From contig JBHGNT010000020.1 of the NCBI GenBank assembly GCA_043228905.1, forward strand, positions 5,704,001 through 5,768,000: a DNA stretch of 64,000 bases, given 5' to 3'. The stretch comes from Azolla caroliniana (taxonomy: Eukaryota; Plantae; Polypodiophyta). Made by a program: the position numbers and the translations under genes. This document shows, one piece after another, positions 37,397-49,418 of this stretch (its first letter is position 1; the number at the start of each line of letters is the position of its first letter). The notes beneath the pieces were generated by a model. That model worked only from the letters and a program-made list of their open reading frames with translations, ran no database searches and was not told where the DNA came from.

Positions 37397-37987
37397 ACGT
37401 TGTCGTGCCTTTCGGCTCCGGATCGTTTGCGTGAGTCGGGTGGGAACCACCGAGGTTTTGGACTAGGAGAAAAAAGAATATGAGATGAGGCTAGTAATGA
37501 ATAGATTATTAGAAAGAGAGATAGAAATTTCGTGAATCCCACGAGTGTATTGTATTCTATTAATTAATATTTAGATAAGAATATGTATTTATATTGAAAG
37601 AAAGATATAAGAAACTTGTGAATCCCACAAGTATAGATTATATTATTTTCGTGAATCCCACGATTATATTAATCGGTTGGTGTTTTCGGAAATATATCCA
37701 ATTTCCAAATATTTCACACGCCTATTACATTGTGCTCCCCATCCTTATGTAGTGATGAGGAAGTCTTAGTAATCCATGCTTTTTCTCTAACTATAGACCC
37801 CATGCTTTTCCTATAGATAGACTATATGCTTTATCTAAAGTGATCATGCTTTTTTCTAACTTGTGCGTTTTTTATCATGCACGCTAGATGTGTATGTGTA
37901 GCTTTTTCTTTTGTTATGCGTTTTTCTAATGTTTATCCTAGCGTGAATTTACCTTTCTATGTGGGACATCTATGCTTTAACACTAAT

Positions 37988-38059
37988 GAAATGCTAGTGT
38001 AATGGTAAGACATTACATTATTAACATGGAGGTGCAAGGTTCGAATCTTGCCCTATGCA
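37988..38059 (+). ncRNA. tRNA-like Pol III cassette in E2 LTR (second copy 40807-40878)
   Basis: A box TAGTGTAATGG, D-stem GTGT/ACAT, stem TACAT/ATGGA with 7-nt loop, T arm GCAAG-GTTCGAAT-CTTGC, TTTT downstream. Confidence 0.65.
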
Positions 38060-38158
38060 TGTTCCATTTATTTTGCTATTTTCTTCTATTTCTTCATTTT
38101 TTATTGAATCTAATACTATATACGTTTTTCACGTAGTGTACAAAATACACTATGACAC

Positions 38159-40180
38159 TCACCCCCTCCAAACCCGCACATCCTCCGGTATGTGCCGAAG
38201 TTGTTGGTGTTTGTTAGTCTCCTCCGTCCGGTCTCTACCCGATTGGTTTCGTTGCCGGCTCGTAGTACCCTCGACTTCTCTTGTTATGTTGACTTTGTCT
38301 CTCCATTTGGAGCACATCCATTCTTTCCACCCGAACCATTGTCGACATCCGATCCACCATAGTCTTCGTTCGCTTTTTGCATGGCCCGTTTGGTCCTTGT
38401 CATCCGCGGTAGTATCTTTTCTCGCCCTCTTTCTTTTCTTCATCAATCTCGACTTCTTTTCGGATTTTCGGTTTAGTCGGATTAGCTTACTTCCGATTCG
38501 GTCTCGTCGGATCGTCTTTCGTTTAGTTCGGCTTCCTTTCCGATTTGTATTCGGTCGATCCGGACTCGGTTGATCGGTTTTTACCAATTCAGTGCTCTTT
38601 CGGGTCGGTTTCTTTTCTTTTCTTTTCGTCCGGATTTGCTTTCTTTTCTTCGTTTTCACCTGCCTTGTCCGGTTCGACTTTCGGCACTTCTTTCCGTTGT
38701 TCGCTACGTAGGTCCTCCGATATGTGCTCGTTGTTCGGTCCTCGTGTGGTTGTAATGCATGCTTCTTTTCTCGCCGTAGCGCGTGCTTCTTTATTCGCCA
38801 TAACACGCGTTTCTTTATTCGCCGTAGAGCGTGCTCTGTATTACGCGCTTCTCCCGTCGTAGACCCGACCTCCGCATTGTCACACTTTCTTTTAGATTGG
38901 AATTTCGGATGGATCATTTTCCATCCGAACCGACTTCCGACTTTACCTTCCTCGCCGCCATCTCCCGTCTCTCCGGTCTCACGTTGGTTCTCGGACACAA
39001 CCGCCGAAGTCTCTAGATATTGTTGGCATGAATCCTCGGTTTTACCTTCTTTCGTAGTTTCACCCTTAGCATTCTTCTCGGCTATCTCTTCATCGTATTC
39101 GTCGGCTTCGACATTCGTTTTCTCTCCGCCACCTTCCATCTCTTCGGTCTCACGTTGCCTTTCGATCGCAACCGCCGGAGTCTCTGAAATCAGTGGTGGG
39201 GAAGTCCCGATATGGCAATCCGCCATTGATTCGTCCATAGCCACCTCCGATTCGATTTCGTCTTTTGTGGCTACCTCCTTAATCACATCCGCTTCACACT
39301 CTTTATCTGCATCAATTATGCAAACATCTATTATGCTTACCCCTTTTTGACCCGATGTCTCGGGCACTTGTATCCCGAAATTTCCTTCTACACTTGAATT
39401 ATCGGCCTTATCCTTCGCCATGGTTCTTTCACAAGACAAGAGGGTAGCTTGTTTTACACCCTCTTCCGTCGCACCATCATGTTGTATTTCGGCCTTCATA
39501 TCGGCTCCATCGTTTGTCTTCAATCGACCATCCTTCATCGGCCATGTCGTTGACAAGATTCTCATCTTCCTCTCATCATGTCTCCGGCATACCCTTTGGA
39601 CTTCGGCCCAATCCTCGGTAAGACCGTTCGCACCGTCATCATCTTCGAGTTCGATCCCAATGTCCATCCTTTCTTTCCGATCGATCGATCTTACGAACAT
39701 TAAGACTTTATCTCCTCCCACCAATCTTCGTTCCCGCTCCGAGAGTCGAGCAAAACAATGCTCGAACTCTAGGAACGCTTGCGTTGCACTTCGGTGAGTC
39801 TTCTCCGACGCCACCCATTCGTCGAATTCTCGTCGATCTCGTCCCGTCCATCTCTCATAGTCATATGCCTCCCGTAAAGCTTCTTCAAAGGACTCCCATG
39901 TCGAGTTTTGTTGTTGTATCTTGTGGATTCTCTCTTGTAGTTCGTCCGAGGCCACCCGATTGAAGGATGTCACTTGCAATCCTTCCGGTATCCCACATCG
40001 TATCATCTCTGCCTTGTAGTCATGTAAATAGCGTGACAGATCGTTTCCGTTGAATTGTCCGTTTCGTTGTACGAGCCGCTTTACTACCGCCGTGATCTCC
40101 GACATCACTCGTTGTTCTTGTAGCATCCGCTCGAACATCATCATCATCGTTATACTCATTGCCTCTTGTTGATTCTCCAT
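38159..40180 (-). CDS. E2 Gag-N-terminus fusion protein (~670 aa) with acidic then basic low-complexity tail
   Basis: ATG at 40180 after the PBS (MENQQEA..); first ~200 aa homologous to E1 Gag (RLVQRNGQFNG..YKAEM); no zinc knuckle or protease; frame open to the PPT. Confidence 0.8.
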   Translation of the reverse strand: MENQQEAMSITMMMMFERMLQEQRVMSEITAVVKRLVQRNGQFNGNDLSRYLHDYKAEMIRCGIPEGLQVTSFNRVASDELQERIHKIQQQNSTWESFEEALREAYDYERWTGRDRREFDEWVASEKTHRSATQAFLEFEHCFARLSERERRLVGGDKVLMFVRSIDRKERMDIGIELEDDDGANGLTEDWAEVQRVCRRHDERKMRILSTTWPMKDGRLKTNDGADMKAEIQHDGATEEGVKQATLLSCERTMAKDKADNSSVEGNFGIQVPETSGQKGVSIIDVCIIDADKECEADVIKEVATKDEIESEVAMDESMADCHIGTSPPLISETPAVAIERQRETEEMEGGGEKTNVEADEYDEEIAEKNAKGETTKEGKTEDSCQQYLETSAVVSENQRETGETGDGGEEGKVGSRFGWKMIHPKFQSKRKCDNAEVGSTTGEARNTEHALRRIKKRVLWRIKKHALRREKKHALQPHEDRTTSTYRRTYVANNGKKCRKSNRTRQVKTKKRKQIRTKRKEKKPTRKSTELVKTDQPSPDRPNTNRKGSRTKRKTIRRDRIGSKLIRLNRKSEKKSRLMKKRKRARKDTTADDKDQTGHAKSERRLWWIGCRQWFGWKEWMCSKWRDKVNITREVEGTTSRQRNQSGRDRTEETNKHQQLRHIPEDVRVWRG

Positions 40181-42654
40181 CTCCTTGCCACCCGCCTTCA
40201 CGTCGGGTTCACCAACTGTGTCGTGCCTTTCGGCTCCGGATCGTTTGCGTGAGTCGGGTGGGAACCACCGAGGTTTTGGACTAGGAGAAAGAAGAATATG
40301 AGATGAGGCTAGTAATGAATAGATTATTAGAAAGAGAGATAGAAATTTCGTGAATCCCACGAGTGTATTGTATTCTATTAATTAATATTTAGATAAGAAT
40401 ATGTATTTAGATTGAAAGAAAGATATAAGAAACTTGTGAATCCCACAAGTATAGATTATATTATTTTCGTGAATCCCACGATTATATTAATCGGTTGGTG
40501 TTTTCGGAAATATATCCAATTTCCAAATATTTCACACGCCTATTACATTGTGCTCCCCATCCTTATGTAGTGATGAGGAAGTCTTAGTAATCCATGCTTT
40601 TTCTCTAACTATAGACCCCATGCTTTTCCTATAGATAGACTATATGCTTTATCTAAAGTGATCATGCTTTTTTCTAACTTGTGCGTTTTTTTATCATGCA
40701 CGCTAGATGTGTATGTGTAGCTTTTTCTTTTGTTATGCGTTTTTCTAATGTTTATCCTAGCGTGAATTTACCTTTCTATGTGGGACATCTATGCTTTAAC
40801 ACTAATGAAATGCTAGTGTAATGGTAAGACATTACATTATTAACATGGAGGTGCAAGGTTCGAATCTTGCCCTATGCATGTTCCATTTATTTTGCTATTT
40901 TCTTCTATTTCTTCCTTTTTTATTGAATCTAATACTATATACGTTTTTCACGTAGTGTACAAAATACACTATGACAACGTAAAAGAAGAAATAGACAAAC
41001 TTGTATAAATCGGATTCATTCGACCTGCCAAAACGGCAACCTGGCTAAGTTTGATCGTCATAGTGCTGAAGAAAAATGGAAAAATCCGCGTATGCATCGA
41101 CTATAGGAAATTGAGTGTGGTGACAGTAACCGACGCCTTTCCCTTACCATTCACGGATGGGGTGTTGGATGCGGTGACCGGCCATGAACTGTACAGTTTT
41201 GTAGACGACTTTAGTGGTTACAACCAGATTCACATGCACGTAGATGACCAGGAAAAGATGTCATACATAACAGACTATGGTTTATTTGTAGCAGTCATAA
41301 TGATGTTCGAGCTCAAAACCGCACTGGCAACATTTCAACGCATCATCACGGAAATCTTCAGCGGATACATACTCGCCTTTATGCAGGTCTTCCTCCACAA
41401 TTTCGTAGTTTATAGCACGGGAAGCAAACATCTTTAGCATTTGCGGTTATGTTTGGAACGATGCCGACTTGCAAGGCTTACCCTCAATCCGGCCAAATGC
41501 ATGGTCAACATTACAAGTGGTGCCCTCCTTGTCCATATAGTAATTAGCGAAGGCATTGCAGTCGACCTGGGGAAAATCAAGGAAATCATCGAAGCATCAG
41601 CCCCGAAAAATGCCAAAAGTCTGAGTTGCTTCCTCGGACGAATCCGATTTCATGACACCTCTACACGTGGCAGTGCATCAGACGCAATTCCAATGGAAAA
41701 AGCATACATGGCCCTAAAGGTGATGCTCACACAAGCACCAATCGTCGAACTGCCGGATTGGACGCGACCTTCCACATGTTTGTCGACACGTCAGACATCG
41801 CAATCGGCAATGCTCTCATGCAGCTGACCGAGCCAAACTAGTATCGGCCGGTCTATTATTCGAGGTGAAAACGTTTGATTGTTGAATGGAACTACTCCAT
41901 TACCGAACGGGATGTTCATATTTCACGTGGATCATGCGATCCTCCTGTACCTTGTCTCCAAACAGTCACTCACGGGGAAGCTAGTTAGATGGATGTTGTT
42001 ACTCCAAGAGTTCGAATTCAAAGTCCAGTATCGGCCAGGAACTCCGCACGCTGTAGCGGACTACCCGAGCCACATCGAGAATGGAGAAGAAGCCACAGGT
42101 TGCGATGACTATTTTCTAGACAACTAAATATTACGAATTTCGGAAACAAAGCCCGAAGCGAACACGATCCTGCAAGAAGACAAATGGCTCGAAGAGATGA
42201 CTCATTTCTTAACCACCCGATTGCCTCCCCCGTGGATGAGGACAAACGAAAAGAAGCGTTTAGCTGTGCGCAACTGGAATTTTTGTCTATTAGAGGGGAC
42301 ACTCTATCATAATGGTACCGATGGAATTTGGCGCCGGTATGTCTAAAGCAACGAAAAGGTGACGATATTGCGGGAAGCGCACTGTGGAATAGCCGACGGA
42401 CATTTCGTTGGGGAAACCACAACTCGGAAAGTCTAGGAGAGTGGGTTCCGGTTCCGGTGGCCAACAACACAAAAGGACACGGAGAATTAGTATTGGCAGT
42501 GTGATCTTTGCCAGCAAATGGGCCAGGCAACAAGACGCGCTCGCATGCCGCACCAACCAGTGGTGCCCTTGGAACCTTTTCAGAAGAGGGGCCTCGATTT
42601 CGTCGGGCCTTCCAGCCCAACGATGTCCCGTACTAGAAATCGATACATCCTCGT

Positions 42655-45025
42655 TGTCGTGAAGATTCTGGGCCATAGGTGGAAACAATGTGAAACACGC
42701 AATAGCAATGGTGTGCACGAGTGCACACTCCTAGTGAATTAAATAGTGTAAGTACTAGGCATAACTAGAAGGAGGTGTACTTAGGTAGTTAAGGCATTAA
42801 TAGGAATTCAGACATCGCTTAAGTAGGGAGAGTTACGAGGAGAGAGAATCATGGGGGGGAGAATCTAGGAACGAAAAGCGACAGGTCATGAATGCTTTGT
42901 AACGGTCGCTCCTTGTGCTATAAAAGGGGCGACCTTTGACTGCTTTACGGATGTCATCTAGAGAGGAGAAAAGAAATAGAGAGGAGGGGAGACAAGGAGT
43001 CCTACGCCGGATCATTGGAAGGCACTTCCCCTGCTCGCGTCAGACGCCCGAGTGCTCCCGACCAGGGGATCGACCTTTTGCGTGCCGACGCATCTTTGTA
43101 ACTAACTACTGTAGAGCCCTACGCTTGATCACTGGCACTTATCTGGTTGTAATCACCCACAACGCTACGCACATATTTTTGATTAATAGAAACTTATGTA
43201 CCTAACGCAAGTTGTTCTTAGCATCTCTGTCTGCGCCTGTGTCTACACACGATCCTCTTACACTATCTCTCCATTTCGCTAAACTTCTTTGTTTAACCAC
43301 AGTCTCAGGGCTTACGTAAACCACAAACTCTTCCTCCTCACTTCTTGATTCTTTGGTTCAAGACCCCCGTGGTCCTGCCCAACTTCTACGCATTCAAGAG
43401 GATTTCCTTGACATCTTTGGTGAACCCAACGTGAAGAGGGGCGGCAAAGGAATCTGAAAATGAGAGGGAGCGAACTTGCAGAAGTAATGGTGGTGGCGGT
43501 AGACCGCCTGGTTAACGCTCGCGAGGGCGCGAGTGCCCTCGACAGGGCTATAGAAGCAACGATTGACAAGATAGGCCGGTTCAGTGGGAAAGACGCCACG
43601 AGTTATTTAGAGGCCTAAAAATCTGAAATGCAGATGAGGAATATACCTGAGAATAGACGGTTGACAAGGTTTCCCCGGGTCATGACACTACACATCCATA
43701 CGGAGATGGCCGAAATACAAGTGGGCTGCCGTGATTGGGCGGAATTCGCGGAGGAAGTTCTCGAAAGATATAACTACGACGATTCGCTCCGGCTATCAAG
43801 AAAGGACTTTATGGATTGGGTCAACAGCCCCGACAAGGGTTAGAATGCTTCGATGCTCCTCCAGGAGTTCGAGTCACGGTTCGCGTGGTTGTCTAGGTTG
43901 GACCGAACCGTGCTCGAAACAAGCAAAGTCCTATTTTTCGTTATGTTGTGCGACTCGCGCGTCTGGGAAAGCGTGGGTCTTCTTCTTGAAACCAACCGTG
44001 GTCTCATGATTACCTGGCAACCGTCAAAGAAGTATGCAGTAGGATTGACAAACGCCGAAATTGGAAAGAAAAGGGGTCCTCGCCAGCCGGACCAGCCGTC
44101 GAAACCAAAACCGAGCCGACACTGATCCAAATGGAAGAAATAAGGAGGTGGCTTGAGCTAGGCCCACCGCCGACAAACGAAGTCATGGGATCTGTAGGTG
44201 GCGCGGGACTTGAAGAACTAACAAGGATGGTGTGCGACCTCTAGATCGCCTAGGCCCGACGAAGTGACGAGGGTCAGCCGCGCGACCGGCGACCGCCGGC
44301 TAATCAGAGGTGCATATGGTGCGATGCCACCGGACATGCCCGGAGAGATTGCGCTGACCTCGGTGAAGCGCTTAGAAGTAATGTAGTTTATCTTTTGAAT
44401 GGCAAGATACATGCGAGCGACACACGAAGATTGCATGACGTGAATTTCGGACGAGGTGGCATGAAGAGGCTAATGGAAGAGGCCGCGACACGACACGTTG
44501 AAGCTGTCCACTACTCGGCTTCGGCCGCTATCCGCGTAGGCGAAAAGGCGGCCAAACCCGATTCAAACCTTGGGTTCTGGCCGGTTATTCTCGAGACCTT
44601 GTCCGGAGGAAGGCTGCAGAAGGGAGAAGTGGAGCGCGCGGAGGACCCCCTTGAAGAGAGCACCGGCTTTCTGGAGGCCGCGTGCAGGAACTACGAGGCC
44701 CTGATCGAAGAAAGGCGAGCGGGGAAAACCGGGGGAGCAGGCCCTTCGGGCAGGTATGACACCCGAAGCGCGCCCAAAAGGCACGATGCCACTCCGACCG
44801 GGTCCCAGGAGAAGGAGAAGGGCAGGATTCCAAGCTTCTGTTTAAGCTCGGAAATAGAGAAAGCAATGAACCTACAGAAGGTTCTAGAGGAGCGAGTTCT
44901 CGACAGTCGCATAGAACTCACGCTTAGGGAAGTGCTTGGCATAGCGAGAAGGGAATTCCACGACAACATCGTGGACCTCGTGAAGAGAAAGCGTCTCGCG
45001 ATGGAGCCGGAGCCCAAGAAGCCGC
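42655..45025 (+). mobile_element. Gypsy E5 5' fragment (Trp-primed lineage, divergent)
   Basis: LTR 42655-43413 TGTCG..TGACA, PBS TGGTGAACCCAACGTGAA 43418-43435, decayed gag (CIWCD..GH, RIELTLREVLGIA). Confidence 0.87.
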
Positions 45026-48000
45026 TATCCACGGACTTCCGAAGTGTCGGATCTCCCGAGACTTCTTTCCTCTTTTGTTCGCTATCGACGGGTAGTGGTC
45101 CCGCGGCCGGTTTCATCTTCTTCTCCACGGTCTTGTATTTCGTACTTACCATTGCTTCTTCTTTGCAGAGCGTATCCGGCTCCATTTTCGCAATGATCTC
45201 GTACATCTCGACCAATTCCACCGGGACTACCCGGTTCCCTTGGCGTTTATCTTCCGCAAGCTCTTCAAGTCGTTGTAGCGTGCTCCCATAGAATACTTCT
45301 TCGACTATCCCCATGATTTCTTCATCTTCTTTTATTATTGATGCCGGCCGCAACTTATCCTCCACTTGTCGGTATCCTTTCTTCAATCCTTTGGTTACGG
45401 TCGTGTACGTAGATGCCCCATCCGGACCGATTCGTACATGTTTTGCTCCGAGAGTTTTCTTCTTGTGTGGGGTATTAGGGCTTCTCGGACTATCACTTCC
45501 CCACTCCGCAATAGTCCACTTTAAAAATCCATTCTCACTTGGGACAAGAGTTCCCTCTTGGTCCTTTCGTGATTTGCCGGCACCGTTAGGAATTGGACGG
45601 ATTTCCCACCGTTTTGGCTCCGAATTCGTGCAAAAGCCGCACCGCTATCGAGCACCTTCGTCTCCATCAGTGATGCCGTGATAAAGGGTTGGCCGAGGAT
45701 GACGGAATGTGAAACCTCATCTTGCATGAAGAAATTTTGGTCGATCTCGACATCCCCGATCTTCACCGTCACATCCGGACAAGCCGCAAATAGATCTTCC
45801 GTTGCTTTGGTGGCCGCCCGAATCTTCCATCCATGGTTGGTGTTAATAGGCCACTTCCCCTTCCGGTAGAACTCCTTGGACATCAAGTTGATCTCCGATT
45901 CGTGATCAATCAATGCTAGCACGGGTTCTTTGATGTTGCCGATTCGGACTGGAGTCTCCGTAGTCGCGCGTGGCCAATGTGGCCTTGTATAGTGGGAGTT
46001 CGGAATTTCGTCCTCCACTTTGGTGTCGTTCATTAAAACGGTGTTCGCATTCACCCTTGGAGCATTTTCCTCCGTACTTTGTCTTTTTCGCTTCACGAGA
46101 TCCACGAGAAGATTGTGGAACTCCTTTGCTATTCCGAGTAGCTCCCGAAGCGAGAAATCTACCCGGCTATCCAAGATTCTTTCCTCAAACACTCTTTTCA
46201 AGTCGGTTTGTTGTTCTATGTCCGAGGCGAGCTTGAATGCCGGAGTCGCCTTTTCTTTTCCCTTACCTCTGGAGTTCCAGCTTTCCGGTATCTTTGATGG
46301 CCCGTCCGCATCCTCCGTGCGTCGTCGTTTCTCGTCCACATACACCTTATGCAATTGACACAGGGCGTATACGCTATTCTTGTCGACAGGGCACTCCCAT
46401 CCCGTAGCTTCCCGGACGCCTTCTGCGGTGCTTCGGATCTCGTTGGAGTCAGTTTTCTCGGTGTTTTCTAGAACTTCCGGCCAAAAAGACGTCTTTGCTC
46501 TCGATGACTCCCCGACACATATTCCCACGGTTGTCACATAGTTGCTTCTTGCTGCCAATTCCTCCTCGAGCACCTTCTTCATGCCGCCTTTCTGGAAGTT
46601 CGGTTGGAGTGGCTTCCGAGAGTCCATTGAATGAATCCGGTTTCCCTCGTAGTAGATGAGATCCCGCCGTAGCGCCTCCTTATGCTCGTTGCAATCCCTT
46701 CGATCGTGTTCGGCGCTATCGCACCATATGCACCGTCGGTCCATATATTTGGAGCTTGTGGGGCGGTCATCCGACTTCTTCACCATCGCGATCTTCAGAT
46801 TCTCCATCTCCTTCAATAGTTGCTCCACCGTAGATGCATCAATCCCCTTCTCGGTTGTAGTCTCCCGAGCCCTCAGTTGATGGTCTTCCAATCCGGTTCT
46901 CGGTTTCGGAATCGGTTCCGAAGCCCTCTTTTCCTCGTTGGCAAGCCATTGCCCCCTCTTCGTGTATCGCGCGACGATATCCCGCACGCTTTCCCATGTT
47001 TCGGTGAGGCCATTCTCCGTGGTCGTGTACTCCAAGAGCACTCCGAGATCTTTCCGGTCCCGGACGTCCATGGCTCGCAAGAACATGATCACCTTGTCCG
47101 GTACGAGGATAGCTTGATCTCTCGCGGACAACCTCCCGAACCGGCTTTCGAATGCCGAAAACACATCAACGACCTTCAATCTCTTGTCCGGCGTCTCCAC
47201 CCAATCTTCGAATCCCCTTCGCGTCGCCTTCCTCTTTAGCTCTTCTTCAAACGCCTCCTATGTCGGATTTTGTTGTCGTAGCCCATGGATGCTTGCTTGA
47301 AGCCCGTCGGTCGCCACCCGGTTGAAGGACGTCACTTGCAGTCCTTCCGATATTCCGCACCGTAGCATCTCCGCCTTGTAGTCCTGAAGATACCGCGACA
47401 CGTCTTTCCCGTTGAATTGCCCGTTTCGTTGCACGAGCCGCTCCACTGATGCCGCTATCTCCGACATCGTGCGTTGTTCTTGTAGCATGCGCTCAAACAT
47501 CATCATCATGTTGCTAGCCTCTGGTTGATTTTCCATCTCCTTGCCACCCGGTTTTCACGTCGGGTTCACCAACTGTGTCGTGCCTTTCGGCTCCGGATCG
47601 TTACGTGAGTCGGGTGGGAACCGCCGAGGTTTTTGACTAGGAGGAAGAGGAATACAAATTAAGGCTAGTTATGAATAGTGCAAAGAGAAGTAAGATAGCA
47701 ATCTCGTGAATCCCATGAGTTTAGTGTATTTAAAACAATATTTAGATTATAAGAGTAATTTAGATGGCAAAATTCGTGAATCCCACGAATATATTAGATT
47801 GATCAATCGTTGTATATTAATCAACAACCTTATACATATTTCTCTCCTCCTTATATAAAGATGGAAGAGGCTAAGCATGGCTTCATGCTTTTTCACCAAA
47901 AGTGTCCATGCACACTAAATGTGCATGTGATGCTTTGTCATTTCCTAAGTATAGGGCTCATGCACGCTAGATGTGCATGAGTCACTTTTAATGTCACGTG

Positions 48001-48279
48001 TAAATAAAATATTCACACCCTAAAGAATACATGATTTTTACCTTTTAATAAAGGTATGTGTAAATAAAGGTCTTATACGTATTAAATCTATATATATAAC
48101 ACTAAAGATAAGTTATTACAATGGTAAAGTTGGGGTTTATCTACGTGGAGGTGTAGGCTTCGAATCTTGCCCTATGCACGTGATAAATGTTTTGATATAT
48201 TATTTATTTATTTATATGTATCTAAAATCAGATATATTATTTTATGGTTTTCACGTAGTGTGTGGAATACACCACGACA
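45026..48279 (-). mobile_element. Gypsy E3 5' half (close relative of E1)
   Basis: LTR 47576-48279, Trp PBS 47554-47571, gag-pro 45521-47536 with a stop and deletion, frameshift signal 45467-45530, pol start truncated at about 45025; tRNA-like cassette 48107-48178. Confidence 0.92.
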
Positions 48280-49032
48280 ATGACAGCTTCAATGAAAAAT
48301 TCTTGTATGAGAAGAGTATCCCCTACTACCCCCAAGCAAACGGACTACCGGAATTGACGAACAAAACTTTACAAAATGTTATAATGAAAATCATCAATGA
48401 GAATTGAACGGACTGAGGTACAAAGCTCCAAAGCACACTTTAGGCATATTGTACGAGCTTCAAGACAAGTACCCAGTCGACGGCATTCCGACTATTGTTC
48501 GCCCTCGAGGTAGTAATGCCAATCGATTTTTGGGTTCTGAGTCTACGCGTGCAAGTTCGCGAACACTTGTCTGAAAAAGCGTCAGAGCAAATCCGTCTCA
48601 AAAAGCTTCTGGAACTTGGCAAAGATCGGATACTCAACATGGAAAACTTGGGGCAGGAGCAAAGACGGCACAAGCCCTTTATCGATAGGCATAAAAAAGG
48701 TAACGAAATCAGCAAAGTCGTACTAGTGTTCCAGACATGCATGGGGTAGATGCCTCGAAAACGTCGATTTCAATGGACCGGACCGTACTGGATCATAGAT
48801 ATCAAAAACAACACTTTCAAACTCGGTCCGCTAGCCAGCAAAGTACAACCAAGCAAAGTCAACGGATTCTGGCTGACATTGTATTTCGGGTCCACGCCGC
48901 CAAACCCATTTTCAAGGAATCCGGATACACAGACCGGCGGATCACTCCTTGCCAAGGCAACTTCATGGGATGAACCCCACACTCTCCACATCAAGGGGCA
49001 TTTTTTAAATGTTAATGTGCGGAAGCATCAGG

Positions 49033-49418
49033 TGTTGTCTGCCTAGCCGGAATAGCCTCAACACAGGTGTCTATCCGATACTTCTCCAAAGGGGTGGTAA
49101 GGATTGGATGCTAGGTTACACGCGTAAGATGATTACAATTAAGCAAAGACGGTAAAACAATACGAAGATACAAATAAACACGCAATAATTACTTTTGTAT
49201 TACTTCCGTCAAAACCTTTACAAATCATCGGATCCTTTTATAGGCATCCGGCAAGGTTACAATCGGTGCGCTTAGGCAACCGGCATCCGAATCGGTCCGG
49301 ATCCGGATCGGTACAACTGTACCGGATCCGTCCCTCCGAATAATAATTATACTATTATTTACTTCCTATTATCCGATCCGACTCCGCCTTCCCACTTGTC
49401 CTTGCTCTTCTGAACTGG
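49033..49418. repeat. LTR copy (same family as 52135-52525) inside the LTR of G
   Basis: Near-identical to 52135-52525 but right terminus altered and no clear TSD. Confidence 0.8.

Larger units (their letters stand above)
37401..40976 (-). mobile_element. Non-autonomous gypsy E2 (gag-derived ORF only), recent
   Basis: LTRs 37401-38157 and 40219-40976 differing at about 4 sites, TSD ACGT, Trp PBS 40197-40214, PPT nearly identical to E1, no PR/RT/IN. Confidence 0.95.
34222..49009 (+). mobile_element. Decayed Ty3/gypsy J (non-chromovirus-like), host of several insertions
   Basis: LTR 34222-34740 TGTTG..TAACA, PBS TGGCACGCCTAGT (tRNA-Arg-like) at 34745; protease IIDGG about 35680; RT NYAVR|VKEEIDKL..KKNGKIRVCIDYRKL 36400-41440; integrase 42370-42654 and 48280-48900 (PYYPQANG, WTGPY). 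Confidence 0.85.

Noticed and set aside
37988-38059. Possible suppressor tRNA (loop TATTAAC, TTA anticodon) able to read through the gag UAA
   Set aside because: No U33, no acceptor stem, the loop differs among E1, E2 and E3, and pol is in the -1 frame, so readthrough would not reach it.
40181-40360. Hydrophobic, signal-peptide-like N-terminal extension of the E2 ORF (MGFTKFLSLFLIIYSLL..), resembling glyco-Gag
   Set aside because: It starts at a GTG inside the LTR hairpin, reflects T-rich U5 sequence, and the ORF track shows no equivalent extension for E1 or E3; the ATG at 40180 matches the Gag start of relatives.
44395-45386. Overlapping ORFs 44395-45291 (+) and 44691-45386 (-) as novel genes
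   Set aside because: Chimeric read-through across the E5/E3 deletion junction.
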